DNA of 63,568 nucleotides from an uncultured Gammaproteobacteria bacterium (GCA_964648205.1 CAZYNT010000006.1:1-63568), one strand, 5' to 3'; positions 28,034-36,715 are shown, counted from the stretch's first letter. A program made the numbers and translations. Notes: generated by a model not told the origin, from the letters alone.

Positions 28034-28447
28034 CTACTTTTTCTTTTTTGCCAAGTGGCGCGATTGGTAAATTTCTTTAGACTTCCTGGTCACAGCCAGT
28101 ATGGTCAAAACCGCGATATAAGAAGAAATGACCGAATTTGGAATCTGATAGCTGGTTTTAAAGGTAAAGTCTAAGATAAAAAGACAGAAGACCAGTACCG
28201 ACCAAATAACAACAAAAATTTCCCCGGGATGCTTGCCGTCATGTTTATCATACCAGCGTTCAAATTCCTTATTGCTGACATAAATCGCCAAGGCACTAAT
28301 ATAGATGGTCGCCAAAACATTTAAAAAATCAACCAGGGCATTATCGACGAAAAAGTCCCAAAGAATGACGACGAAAAACAAGATCGACCAAAAATTAATC
28401 AAATAGCGCCAAAAATTAAAGTCATTCTTGATAAAATCCTTCCCCAT
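28034..28447 (-). CDS. integral membrane protein, 137 aa
   Basis: Four hydrophobic helices. No family recognised. Confidence 0.5.
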   Translation of the reverse strand: MGKDFIKNDFNFWRYLINFWSILFFVVILWDFFVDNALVDFLNVLATIYISALAIYVSNKEFERWYDKHDGKHPGEIFVVIWSVLVFCLFILDFTFKTSYQIPNSVISSYIAVLTILAVTRKSKEIYQSRHLAKKKK

Positions 28448-28474
28448 AAATTTAAATTAATATTATTTATTTTT

Positions 28475-30106
28475 TTATTTATAAGCTTCCTTGATATACT
28501 GGCCTAACACGCGCCCCGTATTGAACCGGCTCGCGTTAAAACTGATTGCGCCCTTCATAATTTCTTGCCATCCGGCCGGCGATTGGTAGTAGAGGGGTAT
28601 AATCTCTTTCCTTAAAATCTCATAAAGTTCGTCGGCGTCGCCGAAAGCCCAGCCCGTTTTGCCTTTTTTATATCCCTCGGGCCACCAGCCATCAAGCGTA
28701 CTTAACTGCGGGACGCCGTTATGCGCCGCTTTCATGCCGCTTGTCCCGCAAGCTTCTTGCGGCGGAAGCGGCGTATTGAGCCAAAGATCAACCCCGGCAA
28801 CAATCATGCGCGCCAGATCTAAATTGTAATTCTCTAAAAAAATAATTTTTAATTGCGGGTATTTTTTCTTAATCTGATAAATTTTTTTAATGGCTTCTTG
28901 ACCGCTCGTATCGCGCAAATGAGCTTTCCCCGCTAAAATAATCTGCGCCCCTCCGGCCGCCTCTAAAATCTCGAGTAATCTTTCCGGATCAAAGAATAAA
29001 AGCAGGGGTTGTTTGTATTCAGTAAAACGGCGGGCAAACCCGATGGTAAAAACGTTTTCTTGCCAGCTTATTTTCTTATTTGTCTTTAAATAGTTTATTA
29101 ACTGCCTTTTCGCCTTTTGATGGGCCGCCCAAATTTCCGCCGAGGGAATTTCCATTGCCCGCTCCAGCAAACTTTCATTTCCGCGCCAGCCGGGCAAATA
29201 TTTATCATATAATTTTTTAAATTCTCCATTCGTCCAAAAAATAGAGTTAGCACCATTAGTAACCGCTTTTATGTCTTTACCTGGAAAAATATTAACAAGC
29301 AACTTCTGATGCATTTTTGAAACACCATTTACGAAGGCGCTAAAATAAATCCCCAGCTCTAAAGTATTAAGATTTTGATCTTTTATCAGTCCGGGTAGAT
29401 TAGCCGGAAAATCCGGCTGATTTTTTAAAAGCATTTGAAGAGGAAATTCGTCATAAACGGTCTTTATCGGCGTATGAGTAGTAAAAACGCACTTTTCTCT
29501 AATTTCCTTAATTTTATTATTGTCGTCTATGGCCTCAGATTCGAGAAACAGCTCAATCGGCGCGAAAGAGGCGTGTCCCTCATTAAGGTGGTATTTTTTA
29601 ATGTGGCTATAGCCGAGCGCTTGCAGCATCTTCACCCCTCCTCGCCCGAGAATTATTTCTTGGCGAAGACGGAACTCTGTGTCGCCGCCATACAATTTTG
29701 CGGTTAATTTTTTATAGGCGGTTTTATTCCCTTTTATATTAGTATCTAAAAAATAAACGGGGATTTTAAAATTATCCGGACCGGGAATTATATATTGCCA
29801 GACTCCCACCTTGACTCTCTCAACACCTATATTAACCTCTATTTCAAATTCTAATTTTTTTAACAAAGAAAAATCATAATCGCGGTCAATCATCTCTATC
29901 TGTTCGCCCGAAGAAGTTATTTTTTGCTTAAAATATCCATAGCGGCTGAGAAAAGTAACTCCGACCAGAGGAAATTTCTTTTCCGCAGCCGATTTCAAAA
30001 TATCTCCGGCTAAAATCCCGAGGCCGCCGGCGTATGTTTTAATATTATTTTCGATAGCTATTTCCATGCTTAAATAAGCAACGGAATAGTTTTGTTTCTT
30101 CAACAT
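28475..30106 (-). CDS. glgP: alpha-glucan (glycogen) phosphorylase family protein, short form
   Basis: AYLSMEIA, GGLGILAGD, TTHTP and the PLP-lysine region EACGTSGMKAAHNG. Confidence 0.9.
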   Translation of the reverse strand: MLKKQNYSVAYLSMEIAIENNIKTYAGGLGILAGDILKSAAEKKFPLVGVTFLSRYGYFKQKITSSGEQIEMIDRDYDFSLLKKLEFEIEVNIGVERVKVGVWQYIIPGPDNFKIPVYFLDTNIKGNKTAYKKLTAKLYGGDTEFRLRQEIILGRGGVKMLQALGYSHIKKYHLNEGHASFAPIELFLESEAIDDNNKIKEIREKCVFTTHTPIKTVYDEFPLQMLLKNQPDFPANLPGLIKDQNLNTLELGIYFSAFVNGVSKMHQKLLVNIFPGKDIKAVTNGANSIFWTNGEFKKLYDKYLPGWRGNESLLERAMEIPSAEIWAAHQKAKRQLINYLKTNKKISWQENVFTIGFARRFTEYKQPLLLFFDPERLLEILEAAGGAQIILAGKAHLRDTSGQEAIKKIYQIKKKYPQLKIIFLENYNLDLARMIVAGVDLWLNTPLPPQEACGTSGMKAAHNGVPQLSTLDGWWPEGYKKGKTGWAFGDADELYEILRKEIIPLYYQSPAGWQEIMKGAISFNASRFNTGRVLGQYIKEAYK

Positions 30107-30218
30107 TTTTATCTAATTCTTAAAAATCTATTTGTTTAAACTGCTTAAAAGAAAGCTTTATATTTTAATTATACCATAATCTAATCGGCTGCCAATAAAA
30201 ATATAGGTATTTTTCAAT

Positions 30219-30270
30219 TTGACATACTTATCTGATTAATATATACTTGATAAGTCAAACACTTATCAAC
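30219..30270. promoter_or_regulatory. candidate MarR operator: three ACTTATC/GATAAGT half-sites
   Basis: ACTTATC at 30226-30232, GATAAGT at 30249-30255 and ACTTATC at 30261-30267, directly upstream of the marR ATG (30283). Confidence 0.4.
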
Positions 30271-30282
30271 TAATTCAATCTT

Positions 30283-30729
30283 ATGAAAAATTGCAGCAAC
30301 CAACTAAGTCTCATCATAAACATGGCAAAATCCCAAGCCGTCATTTCCCGGCGTTTAGACAGCGCCCTCGGCGGGCTGGGCTTAAATGAGTTCATTATCC
30401 TTTTTGAATTAAGCCGAGCCGATGGCAAACTGAGGCGGATTGATTTGGCGGAAAGGGTCGGATTAACAGCCTCGGGAGTTACTCGATTACTTTTGCCAAT
30501 GGAAAAAATCGGCCTCATAAAACGCGAACAAAATGAAAATGATGCCCGATCAAGTTTTGTCGCTTTAACATCAAGCGGCAAACGTAAATTCGACGAGGGG
30601 TTAGAAAGGGCGGAAATTTTTTGTGAAGACGTCTTTCTTGATGATAAGCCTGGCAGCGCCGAGGAATTTTCCCTCTTCTTGAAGCGTCTTTCTGGAACAA
30701 CTTTAAGCCTTGAGGCCAGGAGAAGTTAA
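30283..30729 (+). CDS. MarR-family transcriptional regulator
   Basis: The winged-HTH segment LRRIDLAERVGLTASGVTRLLLPMEKIGLIKRE. The start could instead be the ATG at 30322. Confidence 0.85.
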   Translation: MKNCSNQLSLIINMAKSQAVISRRLDSALGGLGLNEFIILFELSRADGKLRRIDLAERVGLTASGVTRLLLPMEKIGLIKREQNENDARSSFVALTSSGKRKFDEGLERAEIFCEDVFLDDKPGSAEEFSLFLKRLSGTTLSLEARRS

Positions 30730-30939
30730 ATTAATATAATTAAATATTTCTTAAGAGCTTGCTATAGCAGTGCCCATGGAGTGTTGGTTGATATAAAAAA
30801 GAGACCAGTTAAGGTCTCGGGTAATCAGTCTCTAAGCCTTTTGGCTTTTGTAGGCGTCCGCTAACGCCTCGTTTTTCGACTTTTTAGCCTACGCTGATTA
30901 TAGGATTATATCTTAACAAATTATTTAATTAATTGCAAA

Positions 30940-31446
30940 TTATTTAATTAATTTTAAATAATCCTTAAGAGCTTTTTTATTTGATTCAAAGGCTATCTTG
31001 TCAAAAGGGATTTTATCAATATCAAAAAATCTACCATCATTAAGCTCTTCCTTGTCTACCGGTTTAATTTCGTTTAAATTTACTTTTGACACAAAGACTA
31101 GATCTAAAGGATAATATTGTGCGCCTTTATACAGATAGTCATTAGGGTAGGATTTGAAAAAAACGATATTATCTAGATTAATGCCAAGCTCTTCTTTTAT
31201 TTCTCTGATAGCGCCATCTTCAGCTGATTCATGCAACTCAATAAAACCACCAGGTAACTCCCAAAGTCCAGCTTTTGGCTCCCGTGTTCGCAAATCTAAA
31301 TATATCTGGCGTTTATCATTTAAAAGAATAACGGCCGAAGCGGGAGCAGGGTTAAAGTAATAATCAAAGCCACAAGCGGGGCAAGCGCAATGATTACCAT
31401 TTATGTGTACTGAATTTTTACAAATAGGGCAGTAAGTGAAAATCAT
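30940..31446 (-). CDS. NUDIX hydrolase with an N-terminal zinc ribbon
   Basis: CPICKNSVHINGNHCACPACG followed by the Nudix box GGFIELHESAEDGAIREIKEELG. I prefer the ATG at 31446 (MIFTYCPICK). Confidence 0.85.
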   Translation of the reverse strand: MIFTYCPICKNSVHINGNHCACPACGFDYYFNPAPASAVILLNDKRQIYLDLRTREPKAGLWELPGGFIELHESAEDGAIREIKEELGINLDNIVFFKSYPNDYLYKGAQYYPLDLVFVSKVNLNEIKPVDKEELNDGRFFDIDKIPFDKIAFESNKKALKDYLKLIK

Positions 31447-31521
31447 TTTAATAAATTTTATTAGGGTAGCTAATCGCAAAACACGGAAAACTATTCTGAT
31501 GGAATATTTGATGATCCGATA

Positions 31522-32064
31522 TTACTTCTGGGCCCTTCTTACTATTTCCAGCTCTGGAATAATGGCGCCATTTCTCATTTTAAATCTCTCATCCTTAAAT
31601 ATCCTATTTGTGCTTTTAAATCCCAGTTTCTTATAAAACTTAATAGCTCTATCATTATAAGAAGCTACGCGGACGATGGTTTCTTTATTTGAATCCAAAA
31701 ATTTTTCAGCTTCCCGCCAAATAATGCTGCCGATATTTCTTCGGTGATATTCCGGGAGGACATAAATCGCCTGGAGAAGGTTATATTCTTCACTCTTGAC
31801 CACATTGCACAAAGCGACCACCTTCCCTTTATATTCCAACAACAATTTAAGCTCGTTGCTTTTTGTCTGTAAAATTTTTTCTTTACTTTCCGCTATTTTT
31901 TCCGGTGCTAATCTCTACTCATATTTATAAATTATATTTTCGACAGTAATATTAAATTCTTTATTAGGATAAGTATCTAACCAAGCCAAAAAATATACAT
32001 TATGAAGAGCTAAGACGTCTTTTAGTTCAATTTTACGAATTTTGTATTCTTTATTTGCGTTCAT
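31522..32064 (-). pseudogene. GNAT N-acetyltransferase interrupted by one in-frame TAG (codon 50, 31917-31915)
   Basis: ATG at 32064 gives MNANKEYKIRKIELKDVLALHNVYFLAWLDTYPNKEFNITVENIIYKYE, then TAG. The same frame continues RLAPEKIAESKEKILQTKSNELKLLLEYKGKVVAL... into the tracked ORF 31522..31845, which carries the acetyl-CoA motif HRRNIGSIIW. Confidence 0.7.
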
Positions 32065-32152
32065 GATTTAATTATACTGCCGCCCCGATTCTTTAGCAAA
32101 CTGGATTTTTTCTGTACAAACGAGAAATTGATACCAAAAAAGACCCTTGATA

Positions 32153-32344
32153 TTATCGCGGATCTTCAACGCCTTTTTTATTATAATTTTTTTTAATCTT
32201 GTGGATTAAAATTAGGGCCCTGAAAGAATTAATTAAAATATAGATTATTCCTATAATAGCAAGGGAAACAAAAACTAAAATAACCCAATCGATCAAGCAA
32301 TTTTCAAAAGACGTTCCCAATAAACTGTTGATTGCTTCTATCAT
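32153..32344 (-). CDS. small membrane protein, 63 aa
   Basis: One central TM helix, preceded by a good promoter match. Confidence 0.4.
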   Translation of the reverse strand: MIEAINSLLGTSFENCLIDWVILVFVSLAIIGIIYILINSFRALILIHKIKKNYNKKGVEDPR

Positions 32345-32379
32345 ATTTTTTTCAATTATTTTAAATGAACTATAAAATC

Positions 32380-32408
32380 ATAATATCATGTTTATTACAT
32401 TTTGTCAA
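32380..32408 (-). promoter_or_regulatory. sigma70-type promoter TTGACA-N17-TATTAT (minus strand)
   Basis: -35 at 32408-32403 and -10 at 32385-32380, upstream of the 63-aa ORF. Confidence 0.45.
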
Positions 32409-32474
32409 TTACTATGCCCATTAAAAATCTATATCCTAAAAACAAAAATAACCTCTAAAAATAGAGGCTGTTCT

Positions 32475-32495
32475 TTATGGGTGCCTACTGGGAGT
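32475..32495. repeat. 21-bp direct repeat copy A (TTATGGGTGCCTACTGGGAGT), a displaced copy of the tRNA-His 3' end plus 4 nt of trailer
   Basis: Identical to 32694-32714. Sequence identity stops at both edges. Confidence 0.9.
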
Positions 32496-32658
32496 TCTCG
32501 CGCTCGCTCCGCCCCAGAATGGGCGGAGCTCACTTGTCCAGATCGGCCGCTAAACGCTCGCTTACTCGCGTTTATCGTCGCTCCCCTTTTCGCTCGGTCT
32601 TCCGTCCTCGCTCAAGACTCGCTCGCCGCTTGTTCGACTCCCCAAGCTAACGCTTGCC

Positions 32659-32697
32659 ATAATAAAAAGAATGGATAATATCCATTCTTTTTATTAT
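32659..32697. terminator. perfect 39-nt palindrome (19-bp arms) abutting the tRNA-His 3' end; a bidirectional terminator-like hairpin
   Basis: ATAATAAAAAGAATGGATA-A-TATCCATTCTTTTTATTAT. Confidence 0.6.
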
Positions 32698-32714
32698 GGG
32701 TGCCTACTGGGAGT
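32694..32714. repeat. 21-bp direct repeat copy B (within and adjacent to the intact tRNA-His)
   Basis: Identical to 32475-32495. Confidence 0.9.
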
Positions 32715-32770
32715 CGAACCCAGACTAACGGGACCACAACCCGTCGTTCTACCGCTAAACCATAGGCACC
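32698..32770 (-). tRNA. tRNA-His(GUG) with an encoded G-1
   Basis: Reverse complement G-GTGCCTA...CGGGT-TGTGGTC-CCGTT...GGGTTCGACTCCCAG-TAGGCAC-C, anticodon GTG, extra 5' G opposite C73. Confidence 0.9.
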
Positions 32771-32790
32771 ATTTAGTTTCTGCCGAAACG

Positions 32791-32862
32791 TACGCCCGGG
32801 GGGAGTCGAACCCTCGTCTAGAGCTTAGAAGGCTCCCGTTCTATCCGCTGAACTACGGGCGC
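32791..32862 (-). tRNA. tRNA-Arg(UCU)
   Basis: Reverse complement GCGCCCG-TA-GTTC...GGAGC-CTTCTAA-GCTCT...GAGGGTTCGACTCCCCC-CGGGCGT. There is one A-C mismatch in the T stem. Confidence 0.85.
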
Positions 32863-32891
32863 AAAATAAAATTTTGCTTAATTATTGTCTT

Positions 32892-32920
32892 ATATTAATA
32901 AAAATGCTAACTATTGTCAA
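32892..32920 (-). promoter_or_regulatory. sigma70-type promoter TTGACA-N17-TAATAT driving tRNA-Arg/tRNA-His
   Basis: -35 at 32920-32915 and -10 at 32897-32892, about 30 nt upstream of the tRNA-Arg 5' end. Confidence 0.5.
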
Positions 32921-32978
32921 TTACTATAATTTAAAGGCCGGGGTTTGCCGCTACCCGGCGCCAAATATGAACAAAAAT

Positions 32979-33764
32979 CTATAAGTCTCTCTGCCTTAGA
33001 GCCTCATAAAGAAGAATGGCCGCAGAAACTGAAACATTCAAAGAGTCTATTCCTTTCTCCATTGGTATTCTAATAAGCTTGTCGGCTCTTTTGAGCCATT
33101 TTTCGCTAAGTCCATCCGCCTCTGACCCCAAAACAACCGCTAGCGGGAGATCCATTTTTTCTTTGGTGTAGCTATTTTTCCCGGTCGTAGCGGCCGCATA
33201 GCTCAAAATATTATTCTCTTTCAACCATTTAAGCGTTTCATCGACCGGAGCGATTACAATTTGTTTATTAAAAATAAACCCCTCGCTTGCCCTAATAACA
33301 TTCGGATTATATATGTCTGTCTGGCTGCTATTAATAATAATTGCGTCTACTCCTGCGGCATAGGCCGTTCTTAGAATTGCGCCCAGATTCCCCGGCTTTT
33401 CTACTGTTTCTAAAACAACAACAAGAGGATTTTTACTTAATTTTACTTGTTCCAGCTTCATCGTCTGAACTTTCGCGACCGCCAAATAGCCATCCGGCTT
33501 CTCCTTATAACAAATTTTTTTAAAAACTGAACCCGAAACCTCAGTTATTCTGCTTCTTTCTAAATCAAAAAATTTGGATTCTTCTTTCTTAACAAGCTCG
33601 GGAGAATAAAATAACTCCAAAATTTCCACTCCTGATTTTTTAGCTAATTTAATTTCTCGGGCTCCATCAATAACGAATAAGCCTCGCGTCCGCCGTTCTC
33701 CCGCTTTTTGAAGCCTGGCTATCTCTTTTATTTTTTGATTATTTGCGCTATTAATTATATTCAT
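32979..33764 (-). CDS. TrmH/SpoU-family RNA 2'-O-methyltransferase
   Basis: The C-terminal SpoU motifs LVVVLETVEKPGNLGAILRTA, AVVLGSEADGLS and IPMEKGIDSLNVSVSAAILLYE. I prefer the ATG at 33764 over the TTG at 33785. Confidence 0.85.
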   Translation of the reverse strand: MNIINSANNQKIKEIARLQKAGERRTRGLFVIDGAREIKLAKKSGVEILELFYSPELVKKEESKFFDLERSRITEVSGSVFKKICYKEKPDGYLAVAKVQTMKLEQVKLSKNPLVVVLETVEKPGNLGAILRTAYAAGVDAIIINSSQTDIYNPNVIRASEGFIFNKQIVIAPVDETLKWLKENNILSYAAATTGKNSYTKEKMDLPLAVVLGSEADGLSEKWLKRADKLIRIPMEKGIDSLNVSVSAAILLYEALRQRDL

Positions 33765-33871
33765 AATAATTATATTATAAATCAAATTAGGATAAAGACA
33801 TAGTATTTGTTTTTAAAATTCTAAAAAAAGTGCTTTTCTGCTATAATAAGATTAACTAAATAATATATTTT

Positions 33872-36712
33872 ATGCCAATTCCACAATTACGATCCCAAAA
33901 AACAAATTCTTGGAGGACGGGCGACAATCATAATAATTCGCGAAAAAAAGCCAAAAAAAGTCTAACAAAAAAGATAATTTATCTCGCCTTCATCCTTCTG
34001 GCGTCCTTTTTAATAATAATTGCGGCTATGGTTGTTTGGCTCTCACGCGATTTACCCAATCCCAACGAACTAATCAATCGAGAGGTTGCCCAGAGCACAA
34101 AAATATACGATCGCACCGGAGAAAATATTCTCTATGAAATCAGCGGCGATGAACGCCGCACGCTTGTTCCCTTAAAAGATATACCAGACAAAGTCAAACA
34201 AGCAACAATTGCCATTGAAGACAAAAATTTTTACAACCATGGAGGCTTTAGTGTTTGGGCAATGGTGCGGACAGTTATTACCAACGTCATATACAATCGA
34301 AGCGCCGGCGGATCAACGCTTACCCAGCAATTTATAAAAAATGCCGTCCTTTCCAACGAAAAAACTATCACTCGAAAGATAAAAGAGTTAATTATGGCTT
34401 ATCAGTTAGAAAAAAAGTTTTCTAAAGATGAAATTTTACAAATGTATCTAAATGAAATTCCCTACGGATCGAATGCTTATGGCGTTGAGGCGGCCAGCCA
34501 AAAATATTTCGGCAAAAGCGTACGCGACCTTAATTTGGCCGAGGCGGCGATTTTGGCCGCTCTGCCCCAGTCGCCAAGCCGATACTCTCCGTATGGACCA
34601 AACAAAGACCTGCTAATGGGGCGTAAAGATTATATTTTAAATCTAATGGCCGAACAGGGTTATATTTCGGCCGCCGAACGTGATGGAGCTAAACAGCAAA
34701 TAATTTCCTTCAAAGGCCGCGACAATAATATCGCCGCTCCCCATTTCGTGATGTATATCAAAGATATTTTATCAGAAAAGTACGGGGAAAAGATGGTCGA
34801 ACAAGAAGGCTTAAAAATATACACGACGCTTGATTTATACAAACAAAAAATTGCTGAAGAGATTATCACCGAAAAAACAACGGACTATCCTAAAAAATTC
34901 GGCGCCAATAATGCTTCTTTGATTTCCATAGACCCCAAGACCGGCCAAATTTTAGCCATGGTCGGTTCCAAAGATTATTTTGACGATTCAATCGACGGCC
35001 AAGTCAATGTTGCAACGCGCCCGCGCCAACCGGGTTCTTCTATGAAACCCATTGTTTATGCCGCCCTGTTTGAAAAGGGATATACTCCCGACACCATACT
35101 ATACGATGTGGTCACAAATTTTTCTACAAACAGCGCCCAGCCCTACACGCCCCATAATTATAATGGAAAAGAGTATGGCCCTGTAAAAATCCGCCAAGCA
35201 TTGGCCGGGTCATTAAATATCCCAGCTGTTAAAGCTATTTATTTGGCAGATATAAACAATGTTATTGATCTGGCCGAGAATATGGGTTACTCAACTCTTT
35301 CTCAGCGCAGCCGCTTTGGTTTGTCTCTTGTCCTGGGAGGAGGAGAAGTAAAACTCCTGGAACACGTTAACGCCTATAGCGCCTTTGCCCGGGACGGAAA
35401 GATGAGCCCCCTGGTGAGTATTTTAAAAATCGAAGATAAGAACGGGCGCGTTATTGAAGAATACCAGCCAAGCGAGAAGAAGGTTTTAGATTCACAAGTG
35501 GCCCGCATGATTAATAGTATTTTAAGCGATAACGCGGCGCGCACCTTTATTTTTGGGGCTAAAAATTCTTTAGTTCTTGGCGACCGCCCCGTAGCCGCTA
35601 AAACCGGAACAACCAACGACTACCACGACGCCTGGACAATCGGCTACACGCCATCATTGGTAACCGGGGTTTGGGTGGGCAACAGTGATAATAAGTCTAT
35701 GAAGGGCCAGGCGGACGGCAGTATTTTAGCGGCACCCATTTGGCACGACTTTATGGCCAGGGTTTTGGGCGGGACTCCGTCAGAAAAATTTAAGTCTCCG
35801 GATGATTATAAAACAGGCAAGCCAATTCTTGACGGACAAATTCCGCTTCAAACAGTAAAAATAGATAAGAGCTCCGGCCTTCTGGCCACCAGTTCAACTC
35901 CGCCCGAGTTGGTGGAAGAGCGCGAGATCACTGTCCACCATAATATTTTATTTTATGTTGACAAAAGCAACCCGCGCGGTCCCGTGCCGGCAGAGCAGAG
36001 TAAAGATCCTCAATTTAATCTTTGGGAAACGGCTGTACAAAAATGGGCCGATCAAAATGCCAGTTCCTCAACCTCAACTCTGCCTGTTGGTTATGACGAA
36101 CTCCATAAGCCAGAAAATAGGCCTCTGTTAACTCTTTTGTCTCCCTCTAAAAATCAAACTATCACTAACTCTAATTTGGAAATCAACGCAGAGGCTTCGG
36201 CTCCTCGGGGTGTGAACCGAATAGAATACTATATTAACAATAACCTCTGGCAAACAAAGTGGGGCGCGGCAGTCCCCTTTACGGGCAACGTTGATTTTCT
36301 AAGTAATGGATACCATAGTTTGCGTGCCAAGGCTTGCGATGACGTTGAAAATTGTAACGAAATAACAATCAATTTTAACTTGCTAATAAAAAATAATCCG
36401 GTAACTGCCGGAAAAAATTCTCTATCTATTATTACCCCGGTTTCCGGAGTGGCTCTTAATTCTATAGATTTTCCTTTAAGCATCGTTTTCCAAGTCGGCA
36501 AGCCGCTTGGAGCAGCCAAGGTTAATTTGATGATTAAGGGAGCGGACGGAAAGACAAGTGTTATCAAATCTCTTTCTGGCTTAACCGCAAACCAGAACGC
36601 TTTCTCCTGGGAAACCCCTCCTGCACCGGGGACATACTCGCTGTTTGGAGAGTTATATGATTGGAGTGGAGACACAATAAAAAGTAAAGAAGCCTCTTTA
36701 ATTGTCAATTAG
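33872..36712 (+). CDS. class A penicillin-binding protein (PBP1A-type transglycosylase/transpeptidase) with a C-terminal beta-sandwich extension
   Basis: GT51 motifs AIEDKNFYNHGG and GGSTLTQQ. Transpeptidase motifs SSMKP, SLN and KTGTT. There are about 250 extra C-terminal residues. Confidence 0.95.
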   Translation: MPIPQLRSQKTNSWRTGDNHNNSRKKAKKSLTKKIIYLAFILLASFLIIIAAMVVWLSRDLPNPNELINREVAQSTKIYDRTGENILYEISGDERRTLVPLKDIPDKVKQATIAIEDKNFYNHGGFSVWAMVRTVITNVIYNRSAGGSTLTQQFIKNAVLSNEKTITRKIKELIMAYQLEKKFSKDEILQMYLNEIPYGSNAYGVEAASQKYFGKSVRDLNLAEAAILAALPQSPSRYSPYGPNKDLLMGRKDYILNLMAEQGYISAAERDGAKQQIISFKGRDNNIAAPHFVMYIKDILSEKYGEKMVEQEGLKIYTTLDLYKQKIAEEIITEKTTDYPKKFGANNASLISIDPKTGQILAMVGSKDYFDDSIDGQVNVATRPRQPGSSMKPIVYAALFEKGYTPDTILYDVVTNFSTNSAQPYTPHNYNGKEYGPVKIRQALAGSLNIPAVKAIYLADINNVIDLAENMGYSTLSQRSRFGLSLVLGGGEVKLLEHVNAYSAFARDGKMSPLVSILKIEDKNGRVIEEYQPSEKKVLDSQVARMINSILSDNAARTFIFGAKNSLVLGDRPVAAKTGTTNDYHDAWTIGYTPSLVTGVWVGNSDNKSMKGQADGSILAAPIWHDFMARVLGGTPSEKFKSPDDYKTGKPILDGQIPLQTVKIDKSSGLLATSSTPPELVEEREITVHHNILFYVDKSNPRGPVPAEQSKDPQFNLWETAVQKWADQNASSSTSTLPVGYDELHKPENRPLLTLLSPSKNQTITNSNLEINAEASAPRGVNRIEYYINNNLWQTKWGAAVPFTGNVDFLSNGYHSLRAKACDDVENCNEITINFNLLIKNNPVTAGKNSLSIITPVSGVALNSIDFPLSIVFQVGKPLGAAKVNLMIKGADGKTSVIKSLSGLTANQNAFSWETPPAPGTYSLFGELYDWSGDTIKSKEASLIVN

Positions 36713-36715
36713 GCG

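Noticed and set aside
31915-31917. The idea that the in-frame TAG in the GNAT gene signals genome-wide stop-codon reassignment, or that TGA is recoded as in some CPR lineages.
   Set aside because: TAG terminates rpmH, dnaN, topA and the NYN gene at the expected protein ends. TGA terminates the rluA-like gene and valS. The standard code fits the whole window.
32388-32678. 96-aa ORF across the GC-rich insert next to tRNA-His.
   Set aside because: It runs through the duplicated tRNA fragment, has no RBS and gives an Ala/Ser/Arg/Leu-rich product typical of random GC-rich DNA. I treated the segment as non-coding.
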